From contig OZ287754.1 in assembly GCA_965649765.1 (NCBI GenBank), positions 37,448,001 through 37,512,000 of the forward strand: a stretch of 64,000 nucleotides of DNA. Direction: 5' to 3'. Positions 37,001-50,400 of the stretch are shown piece by piece. Made by a program: the position numbers and the translations under genes. Source of the DNA: Bispira polyomma (Eukaryota). Below the pieces are notes generated by a model that was given only the letters and a program-made list of their open reading frames with translations, had not been told where the DNA came from and did not search any database. How positions within the stretch are numbered: the stretch's first letter is position 1; every line of letters starts with the position of its first letter.

Positions 37001-39133
37001 TCAATTTGTTCCTTAATAAAAACGAGGAAACCTGATTCCAAAAGTTGATTTTTTTTCAAACCTGCTGTGTTTACTCATAAGTTGGTTTCTGGAAATTTGT
37101 GATGTTTTTAAACCCGAATTGCAATATTAGCCAGACAGATTCATGATTGCCTGCCTTAAAGAAGCTGGAGGTTTTAAAAATAATGCTGTAGGCTTGCAAT
37201 ATGATAATACGACTCAGTATTATGAGGAAATATTCAAAAACATTTTTTAACTAAAATTCTTAAAAGTTTCTTTATTTCAATCAGATTCATTGAAACATTA
37301 TTTTTAGCCAATCAAATTGTTTGAGATAAAAAATTATTCTCAAGAATATTTATGAGAAACGGCCAAGATATACCGTGAACAACAGTTCCAATAATGCTGC
37401 AGAAATGATTGAGTCTAAAAGTAAGATTCAGCCTAATATACGTAGGGATAAATTTCCCCTTCTTACACGTCTAATATACACATGAAAAGATTTTTTTTTG
37501 TTGACTTGATAGTTCGATCTATAGTTTTGATCTGCTACTGTAATGAAATTATAATGAAACTATTCAAGAAAAGACATATTTAATGATAATAATAAGTGAT
37601 TGTGCTATATATGTAGTTGATGGAGGCATATATGAAAGCTTAGAATCCCCTACCTTTTTGCCCTCTGCAGCCCCCCAAAAATATGTGTTAATCAATGCAT
37701 AAACAGAAAAATAAATAAACTAAAGTTTGATCCGGTAAAGTTATATATGGTGATATGAGAGATTGAATAATTTGCCATTTCACTTTTATCACTAATGTCC
37801 AAAATGATGGCAACTTACACAAAGAACTACTTCTTCAGGGGAATTCTAGAAGATGACCCCAAAATATTGGGAAAGCTCTGGAGAATGAATTAAATGCATT
37901 AGAGAGACATGGAGTTTTTGGGGGGAGTTTTTTAATTATCACCCTAGGATTTTGTCATTTTGTGAAAAAGGTGCCTGGTGTAATGTTAGAACCCTGGTTG
38001 TACAAGGAAAAATATGAGCAATGGACTTCTCTGTACTGAGATAGTCCCCCAGGGCTTACTGATAGCTAGATATTGTAGGATGATGGAGTAAGTTAAAGGA
38101 TTAGAGAAGATGTTTGACCTATTGTAACAAATGTAACTGGAATAGTGGGATGAAACTACTCCATTCACTACATTATTGCTGATTTCTAGTGATGAATGAA
38201 AGTTTTACCCTGACAGTTTGCAATTGAGGTTGACAATGAGCATCAGTCAATAGATGTCTCTGGTCAATAAAGAATAAAGCTGAATAAGTTCCACAATTCA
38301 GTAACTACAAATATATTATGTGAGATGTAATTATCAATCATGTTAATAAATAGTTACTGTAGTATAATATTAAACTTGAAGCTATTATGTATCTAATAAT
38401 AAATTTGTATCACAAAATCAGTAGGTTATTACATTAACTCTGACTTTCAAATGTTACTGCCTTACCCTAAAATATTTACAATTCTGCAACAATAAAAACC
38501 TCGTGGGGTCAAAGACTAATAAGAGGAGTGACATTGCTTTAGCAACCATTGGTTAATTTTTTTATTTTTTTTTTTGTTTTGTTCTTGTTTCTAGTTAACA
38601 ACTAATCAGTGGTGCTTTTGGTCTTTCAGTAGCTTTTAACAAGACTAATCTTGTACTTTACAGCACAGACATTTACTATAAGATGACTTTAATTTTAATT
38701 ATGTCATCTATATTTTGTTAAAACTGTGCCCGCAACTTAGTAAAAATATACATAGAGCTTATTCTGATTTTTGAATAATTTGTAAGTTTGTTTTATTACT
38801 CATGGTAAAATTTGCTTTAACTGTACGAAATTACAGAAAAGACTAACATGAAGATGACATATGACTTGTAGAACACTAACTCTAAGGACTATGTTACCCA
38901 GCTTTCAATTATTCAAGAAACACCCTCTCCTGACCCTGCAGTACAGAAACTACAACATAAACCGAATTAGTGGTATGTAGATCCTATTCAAAACAATGTC
39001 TGGAGTTGGTTCAAAGCATATTCAAAGACTCAAAGAACTGTAAAGAGAAAAATATCCAACTATTAGTGGCTCATGTGTGTTCTTTTGAGGGAAGGTATCT
39101 CTTTGAGATGTGGTCTTAGTAAATCACTTGGAT

Positions 39134-39445
39134 AAAAAAAGACTAGGAAAACAGATACATGGATATAATAAGGGAGTGTGGTTGGAAAGGTCTGAAGAAA
39201 TAGCATATAAAGGTTTGAAATCCAAATTCACCCAAAACGATGCACTAGCAAAAGCACTTCTAAAAATAGGAAGCACTGTTATCGCAGAGGCTAGCCCAAC
39301 CGATAACTTTTGGGGATGTGGGTTCTCACTTCGAGACTCTGAACTGTGGGACCAGGCTGAATGGAAAGGCAAAAACATTATGGGGAAATTAGGGAGGAAA
39401 TTAAAACCAACTAGACCTTTTATACTCACAGAAAAAACTCTTTGA
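39134..39445 (+). pseudogene. NADAR (YbiA/DUF1768-like) domain, C-terminal part, at the ORF1 position of the LINE
   Basis: KRLGKQI.GY....W, KFTQN..L...LL..G...IAEASP.D.FWG.G, W.GKN.MGK motifs. Confidence 0.88.
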
Positions 39446-40548
39446 ATAACTGATATGACAATAATGGTGTTTATATATGTATAATGTATTTATGATAAAC
39501 TAAAATTTATTATTTAAAAGTCTCCTTTTAATGTTAGATTATATATAATCCCAAATGTGTGTATACTAAATGTAGACTCAATACAAATTATATAATGTAT
39601 CTTTAAATGTGTAGATTTAATTAGACTAAAGCCTCTGTCCATTCTCCCACCTTGTAAACCTTTACTATCAACCCTAAAAGAGGTCAAATACACAGACTCC
39701 CTATGGTTATATATATTTTTTTTATACAAATCCACAAGAACAAATCTCAATGGAAAGTGGGTTGCAAATACCAATAGGTTTTCTTTGTGTCACCCAATAC
39801 ACAAACAAACACACATTTAATGATATTAAAAGTCACAGTGTGACTTTTTTGCAATTTTGGCAGTGTGTTTTGTGTGTTTTTAGTCTAGTTTGTAGGATAT
39901 GCTGATGCATGTTTTATCCTTCCAAAAAGTAATTATCACAAATATTTTTGAAACCACTATTTTTTATATTATTTTCAAGATTTGGAGTTTCATCAGATAA
40001 ACATGTACTTACTTGTATGATGATAAATGCATGGATAGTGTTAAGCCAAGTGACACAGTTATGTATTTTGATATGGAGTATTTCTATTGGATTAATACAG
40101 TAAAAGAATATTTATTACAGAATACACTAATAGGTAAGTAAATCATAAGTCCTCTAAAAAGTATGTGTAGGTATATATATGTATATGTGTATTATTGTTC
40201 CAAAAATATATACATGTAGATATATCAGATATAACATAATGATGCCACAATGGTTTATACAAAAAACATTTAACAAGGTGCTTATCCACATCAAAAACCG
40301 TAGATACTGCCAGCTATCACGGTCATGTATATATTTTTTGTATTTACTGTTTTTTTCGTTTCATTTTTGTTCTGTACATTGTTGTGTGTACCAAACGGTT
40401 CCCATTTTTGTACTTCACTGTTACATACTCCTAAGATATCATTATTTGCTGACTATAAAATATGCATGTACTTTTACTTCTAACATCTTAAACAGGACTC
40501 TGTACTGTGGTATTGTTCTAAAATGTGTCAAATTGAGAAACATGTCAA

Positions 40549-42586
40549 ATGGCTTCTTCTAGTGATAATCTAAATGTGTCATCAGCAAATGTTCAAGGGA
40601 TACAGGATAAAAAGAAAAGATATGATGTTGTTCAGTATTTGATCAAATCCAATTGTAACATAATTTGTTTACAGGATACCCACCTTACTTCAAAAGATGA
40701 AAATATTTTGCGTAATTATTCAAAATGTGAGACTATTGTACATGGTATTAAGACAAATTCTCGCGGTGTAGCAATATTGCTTAAAAATAACTTTACAAAA
40801 TTAAAAATGTACAAAAAAATTGATCAGGGAACCTAATTGTGTTAGATTTAGATCTAAATGATATATCAATGCGCCTCATCTATCTGTATGCTCCAAATTC
40901 AGACAATCCATCATTTTTTCGCAAGGTAAGGGCATTTATACAAGATAGTACTGAAACACACTTAATAGTATGTGGAGATTTTAATCTAGTTTTGAATCCC
41001 AATTTGGACTCGTGCAGTTATGTCAGCATTAATAACCCAAAGGCAAGAGAGGTGTTGAAGGAAACTATGTGTATGTACAACTTAATAGATATCTTTAGAC
41101 ATCTTCATCCAGAAAGTAAAACGTATACATGGAGAAGGAAAAACCCTTTAAGCAAGCCTGTTTAGATTATTTTATCTTGTTAAACCCACTAATAGACCTT
41201 GTTGATACTTGTAAAATAAAGCCAGGATACCGAAGTGACCACTCGATCCTAGAACTTAGTATTGTAATTAATAGATTTACAAGAGGTAAAGGAATATGGT
41301 CTCTAAACTGCAGTCTCTTACAAAACCATGATTATATCAAAACAATAAACAAGGTCATAGAAAACATAAGATTACAGTGTATGGTACCCGTATATAGTCC
41401 TGAATATATTGATAACCCTGAGAATGAGAATGTTCAGTTTACTATATCAAATAGAACCTTCTTGGAAGTTATGTTGTTAGGAATTAGAGGAGCTACTGTA
41501 AAATTTGCTTCAAATCTAAAAAGAAAAGACTGCATAAAAGAAAATTATTAGTTGAAGATATACAGCAGCTGGAAAACAGCAATGATGCAAATAATTTTTC
41601 TATTTTAGACCAAAAAAGGCTTGAATTGAATATAATACGAGATCAAAAAATGTCAGACCAAAAGGTTAGAGCCAGAGTGCAAGATCTATCAGAAGGTGAA
41701 AAACCAACAAAATATTTTCTAGGCCTAGAACAACGTAACTATGTTAACAAAACAATAAAAAGAATACATTTGGATAATGGTAGTTATATAACAGATCAAA
41801 AAGAAATACTGTCTTATGTTAAGGAGTTTTATGCTACCCTTTTTACAAACCGTGATGATAGTCTTGAAAATGTGAATTTATATGAAATGTTCAATTCCAC
41901 TGAGATTACGAAACTAGATATTTCAGACCGCAGAATTTTAGGTGATCCAATCAAAATCACTAATTATGGAAAGACCAATACACCCCTTTCAGTTTTCAAT
42001 TCTGCTGCAAAGTCAAAGAGGAACGAATCATATATACAGTCAATTCAATAATGTTATGATCAAATCTACTTTTAAAGATAAATGGGCCCATGACCTTGGT
42101 CAAACTCTTAATGACAAACTTTGGTGTTCAGTATTCAAGGCATGCTTTAAAACCTTAAAGGATAACTTTCTAATATGGCTTCAATATAGAATAATTCACA
42201 GAATACTAGGCACCAATAAATTACTGTATGATATGTCTATCATTCACCTATTTGCTGAATGTCCTGTTGTAATAGACCTTTGGAATTCTTTACAACATTG
42301 GATTTATGAGTCAATACATGTTACTTTGGACATAAACTCATACAACATTATTTTGGGATATTTAGAATATGATGAAACTTTCCTGCCCAGAAACACCATT
42401 TGTACAGTTACTAAGGCCTTCATTTTCCAATGCTCCCGTGTTAATAGAAATCCACAATTACACTTGTTAAAACAAAAACTAAGAAAGACGTACACTGAAC
42501 AACTTCTGTTAGCACAATTAAACTGCAAAGATGAAATGTTTCCTAAACAATGGTCCAAATTCAGTAGCCTGATGAATAAGGATTAA
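40549..42586 (+). pseudogene. L1/Tx1 ORF2 remnant: APE endonuclease, linker and C-terminus; RT domain deleted near 41950
   Basis: SANVQG, CLQDTH, SRGVAIL, LYAPN, CGDFN, DIFR..HP....TW, LDYF, SDH, W.LNCSLL, GEKPTKYF, then directly FQ...LQYRIIHRIL.TN..L and HLF.ECP.V...W; several frameshifts. Confidence 0.9.
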
Positions 42587-42972
42587 ATATATGCATGATT
42601 GTAACTATTAGATAAACATGTGATATATAATATTGTCAAACATGTTGTCTCTAAATGTTTTCATTTGGCCTGAATGATCCAAGCTATGATAATGTGCTCT
42701 TGCAATATACATTAATCTGTGTTGTTTCCTTAACCAGTTATGGAGTTGGGTTTATTAACCTAATATGTGAATTGATGTACTGATGTAATTTAATAATGTG
42801 CTCTGGTACTATGTATTAATCTATGTAATATACATGGCCTGTTAATTATGTGGTTCGTGCATTTCATAAAGTTCTATGTCAGTTTTGTTGATGTTACCCA
42901 GTACTGTAACCCTAAACTATTTTGGGAATCTTTTGTACATACATTTTGTATAACTCTTATATAATAAATGTT

Positions 42973-43006
<34 letters not shown>

Positions 43007-43209
43007 TTGCCCTGTAAAAACAAAAAAAAAAAAAAAAAAAAAATGCCAGGTACAATATTCACAAGCGAAATATACAGTTAACCCTAATTAATTAATCATT
43101 GAAAAATTTGGCAATTCTTAGATGAATCTGTAGTGATATCTAAAGAGCCTTGAAAAACGTTAGGTGTGTGGGTTTTTTTGGCTTTACTAGCCAAACGAGT
43201 TTTCAAGCT

Positions 43210-43460
43210 AACCCAGTAGGCACCCGACGTCTTTTTGATATCAAATATTAGTCTAAAAATGCACATAACGTCATTTAGACGTCATTTTGACATCACAATG
43301 TATTGATCAAATATTTAGACGTCATTAAGACATCATTATGATGTACACTATCTGACATATATTTAGATGTCATTATGATATCATTATGATGTACACTATA
43401 TGACATATATGTAGATGTCATATATTTAGATGTCATTATGATATTATTATGACATTCCTG
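43210..43460. repeat. MITE-associated minisatellite of about 48 bp (GTCATTATGATATCATTATGATGTACACTAT...)
   Basis: Three to four visible tandem units after ACCCAGTAGGCAC; private to copy A. Confidence 0.65.
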
Positions 43461-43557
43461 ATATAAATTCCTGTAGAAAAGAATTGTGGGAATAGTCATT
43501 ATTGTAATTCCCCAGCAGGCACACAGTCCAAATATGATCATATGGTTCCTAAATGGG

Positions 43558-43561
<4 letters not shown>

Positions 43562-43610
<49 letters not shown>
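43562..43610. repeat. (AT)n microsatellite
   Basis: Perfect dinucleotide run. Confidence 0.98.
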
Positions 43611-43613
<3 letters not shown>

Positions 43614-43687
43614 GAGTCCCACATATATGGGAATTCAAAATCCATCTGGTGCACCTGTTCGTAGGTCCCATTTTATAAAAAACATAT

Positions 43688-44115
43688 AGGCGGCCATCTT
43701 GTTTTTGGGAATGGGCCCAAATACAATTCCAACCAAGCTATTAACATGATACACCTCCACAACAAATTTGGTGATAATAGCTGCAATACATTTCCTTCAA
43801 ATGTTCGGAAACGATTTTTAAAAAGGTGGCCATAGCATCTTGTATTTCGGGATTAGCCCAAATACAATCCAAACCAAGCTATTGATATGATACACCTCCA
43901 CAACAAATTTGGTGATGATAGCTGCAATACTTTTCCTTAACTTGTCCGGAAACCAAAATGTTGACGGACGGATGGACAGATGGAAACCAAAATGTTGACG
44001 GATGGACAGTCGGAGAGACGGAAACCAAAATGTTGACCGACAGAAGGACGAACGGACAGACGTCAGACACATCAATTTAAAAGGCGCGTTGGTTACAAGC
44101 AACCCGCCAAAAAAT
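43688..44115 (+). mobile_element. Helentron-associated (HINE-like) non-autonomous element
   Basis: Two tandem core repeats of about 138 bp starting GG(C/T)GGCCAT, then a (GGAC)n-like microsatellite, then 3' palindrome GGCGCGTTG...CAACCCGCC and an A-run. Confidence 0.7.
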
Positions 44116-46196
44116 TATCTAAAGCATAAAACAGCTAAATTATTCAGACATTGACAACCATAAGTTAATTACTGTGGCATATTACTTAAACATTTTGGTC
44201 ACCTTGAATGTATCCACCGCTTTGGTAAGTGATGGCAAACTTTAAGGTGGAAGGGTAAATGCAGTTGCTGAAATCAACTCTTTTCACCCTTCTCTCTCAC
44301 CTTACCTTTCTCCCCCCCCCCTCCCCCCCACACACACACTGTTTCTCTCATATACCAATCATTTATTGGTTGGATTTCAAGTCTGCTTGAAACTGTCTTA
44401 GTTTGGCTTTGATTCTGTTTGTAACGTTGTGTATCACAGTGATCTGGATCTATAGCAATCTAAAAATATCTGGATGGCAATTGTATGTAGTATTTGTTAT
44501 TTGAGTTGTTTACCAGCGAAGCATCGGTAAAATGACTTTACTTAGACTAATCGCAGCTATTCATAAAGTAAATGGCTTCAACCATGCAACATCCGTAAGA
44601 ATTTATTGATTATTCTTGACACAATCCTCTAAGAAACACCTTCTAATTCATGTAAATTAGCATTGATACTAGTCTCTGACTGGTCTTTTCTCCGTCTTAT
44701 AGACAAAACTGTAGGTATTGTTCGAAGAAAAAACCTCTCTAATTAGCGCCATTTTTACCCATTTTACTAATCATGAGTATCTCATTGTATGTAGGACCTA
44801 GAATAAAATGTACTTTGTAAAGGGCTTCATAGATTACTGTATGTATACTGTACTTACACCACACTACACAACACTGTAATTTGGATAAATCTCTGAAAAA
44901 AAGGTTGTGCATTAGGTTTCCCTATATGTACTATGTAGCAAAGGTATTGGGGTTGTACATTTACATGGATTATGTAGTGGTATATCGAGCGGTGACGAAT
45001 CGTCCCCTGTAGTTTAGTATGTGTCGTGTAGTCGGAGGTTTTTAAAGCCCTTAATACAGGATGAAATTTTAAATGCTTTGGGGAGAGAAAAAAACTAGAT
45101 GTTCATTAGGAAAGCCAATAACTCACTGGGGAATACCAAATTTAGAAATCATCCCATTTCAGATTCAGAGTTGTAATTTATTTAACCATTTTATAATTGT
45201 GTGTATGCACAGTGGACATTACAACAGTGGTCATGTGCACAGTTGGTCACACAAATGGGTGCATACTAAAGGCTGCTGGTACTATTCCCGGAATACCTTT
45301 ACATCAATGACAACCAGTACACAACTCTTTTGTGTAAAAGTGACTTTTCCACACAAAATATAAATGCTGTCTAAAAGCACTTTTAGTGGCCATTTACTAT
45401 GATGCCTATCTACATACTTGAAAAGCAAATTAATTAGGTTGATACCGTAGAAGAACCAATAAATTCACAGTTTCAGGCGGTCTCTATAGATCTTACACCC
45501 ATGCTTAAAGTCAAATACCTATTACATTAAATGAAATACCATAAGCTTGTAATTAACCATATCAATGGAACTCACAGTGACAAAGTCAAATGTGTAGTCA
45601 AGTTTTAGCTATTTCTATTGTGCAGAAAGGCACAGGATGGTGTATTATAAGATTATATGAGTTTAAGTTTTAAAGACATTTAAAATTTCAAACAACAGTT
45701 TATAAGCTATAATGCTTCAATAAAATGGATCATAACACAACCATACTTTCTCTCATTAAGCAAGTAGCTTAATATAACATTATTGTTACTTCCTCTCATT
45801 AATGAAAATAACATGTTCTTAAAGAAACCTGCAATCAATCCCAGATACAAAGTGGCTTCGATAATTGTTTAAATGATGGCCAAGTCAATTTGATTAATCG
45901 CCATCCTCAAGCCTCTGTTTTCAGTCCAGGTAATAACATTTACTAATACTGGTTGACTTCACTTGGATAGTAAAAAAGATAAATTATTGATTCAAATAAC
46001 AGACAAAGTTAAAATAAATACTTGTGTGAATACCAATCCAGAATTAATGGGAGTTAAAACTGCAATGAGAATACATCAATGTTTTCATTACCATATCTGA
46101 CTTTCCAAATGGCTATATTTGTTTTTCATATAGGAAACCCATGTCACTTGGTTTTGTTTTTATCCATACCTCAATTATAAGAAACCAATGTGACTA

Positions 46197-46446
46197 TTTG
46201 AATTTTGATATTTAACGTCCACTCTAGTACCTTTTAGTAGGTTATATTGGGATGGGTAGTTGGAAAGGCTGGAGGAAACACTGCATACAGTTGATCAAGG
46301 TTCTGCAGAGAAACCAGCGGCCCACAGTAAGGAACTACCACCTTTCCCACATAGGCATCGACGGGATTCGAACTCACGCTGCCCAGAGGTGAGAGACCAG
46401 TGATTGTGAAGCGCAATGCTTTCTAACCACTAGGCCACCGCGGCCC
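46197..46446 (-). mobile_element. Young tRNA-derived SINE with 12-bp target-site duplication
   Basis: A-box GGTGGCCTAGTGG and B-box GTTCGAATCC on the minus strand; TSD CCAATGTGACTA at 46185-46196 and 46447-46458; empty site in copy B near 52866. Confidence 0.92.
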
Positions 46447-49400
46447 CCAATGTGACTAAAGGAAATATTGTTACTCTTCTATGTTTTGTGATGAAGTGAT
46501 GTTGGACCTAGTGGTCTTCTTCAATATAACTGGCGTCTTACCTCTGACAAGAGGGGTATCGAATCATATTGTTTCCTTCACCTGTGAAGTTTGCCGGGTT
46601 CTTGCTGTAGGTAGGTGATATCCAGTACAAAAAGTACTGGTTTCCTCCACTAATAAATATGGCCGTCAAAATATGTGTGTTACCCACTAGGCCATAGTGG
46701 TAATTTTTATAGTATGACTTCGATTTTAAACCCTAAATCAAAACTATATTCAAGTATCAAAGCTCATAGGTTAGTTGTTATGTGGTGTTAGTTGTTATTA
46801 ATCTAGAATATCGCCTAATGCATTCTATTGGTTTTGTACTACTACTATAAATTTACAGGAACTGCTTTCATCAGGAGCCACACATTTAAATCTTTAATTT
46901 ACTGGTATAATTTAAGCCCTACTATCACTTGCATGTGCACAGCTAAAGAATCTGTGATTGTTTCTCAGTAAATTGAATTTCAGTGTCTCCAAAGTGGCAC
47001 AGTATTAGTATTTATTGGACTTCAGATTTCTCCCGCTGGAATTCAATTTGTTCCTTAATAAAAACGAGGAAACCTGATTCTAAAATTTCGGGGTTTTTTT
47101 CAAACATGCTGTGTTTACAGTTGGTTTCTGTAAATTGGGAACCCGAATTGCAATATTAGCCAGACAGATACATAATTGCCTGTCTTACTAATGGAGCTGG
47201 AGTTTTTTTAAATAATGTTGTGGGCCTGCACCATGATCTTATGACTCAGTATTGTGATGCGATATTCACAAAATGTTTAGAATAAGAATATTTATGAATA
47301 GCAGCCGAGTAAACAAGAACAACAGTTCCTTATGCTGCAGAAATGATGAGTCTCAAAGTAAGATTGGGCTCAATATACGTAGGGATGAATTCGGCCTTCT
47401 TACACGTCTAATATAGACATGCAAACATTTTTGTTGTTGACTTAGTATCTAGATCTATAGTTCTGGCCTGCTAGTATAATAAAACTCAAATATTCATTAA
47501 ACCTGTGTTGATGATTTCAAGATATGGACATATTTTTATGATAATAATAAGTGACTTTGCTATATATGTAGTTGATGGAGCAATATCTGAAAGCGTAATA
47601 TAGCCCTTAACCTTTGAATAATATGCCATTTCACTTTTACAACTAATGTCAAAAATGATGGTAACAGACACAGAGAACTAATTCTGCAGGGGAATTTTAG
47701 AAGACGACCCCTAAATATTGGAAAAAGCTGTGCCGAATCAATTGAATGCATTAGAGAAACATGGGGTTTTTAGAGGGAGCTTTTCTAAGTTATCACCCTA
47801 GGATCTTGTCATTTTGTAAAAAAGATGCCTCATGTAATGCTAGGCCCCTGGTTGTACAATGAAAAATAAGAGCTATGGACTTCTCCGTACTGAGATAGTC
47901 TCCCAGGGCTTAGATCTTACTGATAACTGGATATTGTAGGATGATGGAGTAAGTTAAAGGATGTTCTATCTTTAGAGAAGATGTTTGACATATTGTAACA
48001 AATGTAATTACAAAAGTGAGGTGTAATTACTTTCTTTTCCACATTATTGTTGATTTGTAGTGATGAATGAAAGTTTTATCCTGACAGTTTGCAATTGAGG
48101 TTTAAAATGAGCATAAATGAAGCTGAATAAGTTCCACAATTAAGATATATATAGTTTAGTTTATTTAGATAGATAGAGTTTATTTCCACAGTAATACATA
48201 GTGTACATGCATAGTGTGTGATAACATATATACAAGTTAATTTTACAGGCAAGAATAAATTACTGAATATAAATGAATAATAATAAATAAGTGAATATTA
48301 GTATAATAAAAAATATAAATTTTACTAACTTGACTACATTAATTTTGTTAAATTGACTAAATTAAATTTTGTAAACCTGACTAAATTAATTATTACTGTG
48401 GAAAAGGGGTTAAAAGAAGTAGAAAACTTAACCCCCTATTTAACAGACACAAATTTCTCATTCATAAGATTCATCAACTAATCATTGCAGAATTAACTAT
48501 CAATACAAGTTTTTTGAGATTATAACATAATCAAAAATATGTTTGTTTTAATTAGCCATCTCATGCCACAATTGTAATTATAGCATGTGCATTTTGGTAT
48601 TTTGTCTTTATTTACATGACGCAGTACGCAATGTTGCCCTGCAAATCACATCAGCAAATCATATTAGGTATTTCTTTCTAAGAAAGCTGTTTTATTCCTC
48701 TGGGTTTATTTTTTCCCCAATAAATATGACGGTGAACCACCTGCTTGTTTGACTGCAGGAAATGAACCAAATCACATCATTCTTGTTAAACCCCCAGTCC
48801 AATATCTCAGTGTCTATATTTTTGGGTTGGTTCAAAATATCGAGAGATTTACTAGCTATTATTTATATACCAACCCCCAACATAATGATGAAACCAGAGA
48901 TATCAAGCAGACAGTAGCCTATTAATGGACATTCAACTCCAGACTTACAAGTTGCATTTGTGGCAACAAAGTTCAGAAAATCTGTCATTTTTTTATTTGC
49001 ATGTATTTATGTGCTGCTGATTTTCTCCCTCTGACTCTGACTTCCAAATGTTACTCCCTTAACATATCTGCAATAATAAATACACTGTGGCATCACAGAC
49101 CACTATAAAAGCAGTGACCTTGCTTTAGCAACCACTGGTTATTTTTGGTGGGGTTTTGTTCTTGTTTCTAATTAATAAATAAACAGTGGTGGTTTTGGTC
49201 TTTCAGTAGCTTACAACCAGACTAATCAAGTTCTTTAAAACACACACATTTACTATAAGATGACTTTGATTTATTTTAATTATGTCATCAAAATTTTGTT
49301 AAAACGGTGCCACCCACTCAATAAAAGTATACATAAAGCTTATTCTGATTTTTAAATAATTGGTAAGTTAGTTTTATTACTCACGGTAAAATGAACAGAT

Positions 49401-50134
49401 CAAAACTTTAAAAAGTACTGCTAGGAAATGTCGGGATATCTTAATTCTTTAACTTTACGAAATAGAAAAGAGTATCATGAAGATGACATTTTCACCTATT
49501 CACAGTTTTTTAATCCATTGTATTTTCTAAATAACTATGCAATCATGCAAATTGCACATACTGATTTTGTTGTCCTAAAGTTTTGTTTTAATTTAGGAAG
49601 TGTGGTGTTATTAAAGGCTCACAATGAGTTTGCAGAAGCTGAATTGTAACGATTTTCTCAAGTCTGTTTTCTTTGAACTTAGTTTTCATTGAGTAAGTAA
49701 GTTGAGCCAGTGCATTGCATATGACTTGTATAACACTTACACAAAGGACTATGTGACCCAGTTTTTAATTATTCAAGGCACATCATCTTCTAACCCTGTA
49801 GTGCAGACACTACTGCCTAAACTAAAGTAGTGGTATGAAGATGCAATACAGTGTCTGGAGTTGTTTCAAAGCATCTTTCAAAGAGTCACCGAAATAAAGA
49901 GAAAATTTTTTAACTATTAGTTTCCATATGTAAACATTAGATATTTGTGTTCTTTGGAGGGACAAGTATCTCTTTGAGAAGTGATCATAGTATATCATAC
50001 CACTGGGATCAAATGCAAAGGTCAGGTACAAACAAAATGTAGTTAACCCTGATTATTGAATTATTCTTGGATGAAACTGTAGTGGTATGTAAAGAGCCTT
50101 GAACAACTTTAGGTATTGTGGCTTTAATATCTAC

Positions 50135-50400
50135 AAAGAGGCCGCTGTGGCCTAGTGGTTAGCAAGCATTGCGCTTTACAATCACTGGTCTCTCACCTCT
50201 GGGCGGCGTGAGTTTGAATCCCACCGATGCCTATGTGGGAAAGGTGGTAGTTCCTTACTGTGGGCCTCTGGTTTCTCTGCAGAACCTTGACCGACTGTAT
50301 GACCGACTGTGTTTCCTTCAGCGTTTCCAACTACCCGTCCCAATATAACCTACTAAAAGGTACTAGAGTGGATGTTAAATATCCAAAATTCAAAAAAATT
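50135..50400 (+). mobile_element. Young SINE of the same family with 13-bp target-site duplication
   Basis: Near-identical reverse complement of 46197-46446; TSD CTTTAATATCTAC at 50122-50134 and 50401-50413. Confidence 0.92.

Larger units (their letters stand above)
39134..43043 (+). mobile_element. 5'-truncated, internally deleted L1/Tx1-clade LINE carrying a NADAR domain
   Basis: Absent from copies B and C (empty site CACTTGGAT^CAATTG near 58160); NADAR, 1.1-kb spacer, APE endonuclease, ORF2 C-terminus, AATAAA at 42963 and poly(A) from 42979. Confidence 0.9.
34785..46676. repeat. Tandem segmental duplication, copy A (core about 6.5 kb plus L1, HINE/MITE and SINE insertions)
   Basis: Collinear landmarks shared with 53389-60093 and 46677-53156, e.g. 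AATATCAGT.ATGGTAACTTACTCCTCAACC at 34889/53491 and ACAAAGTGGCTT near 45847/52529/59531. Confidence 0.92.

Noticed and set aside
46380-46446. tRNA genes suggested by A/B boxes
   Set aside because: These are SINE heads with TSDs and SINE bodies; no complete cloverleaf.
46725-46740. TAAACCCTAAA as a telomerase RNA template
   Set aside because: Matches plant-type TTTAGGG rather than metazoan TTAGGG, and is not conserved in copy A.
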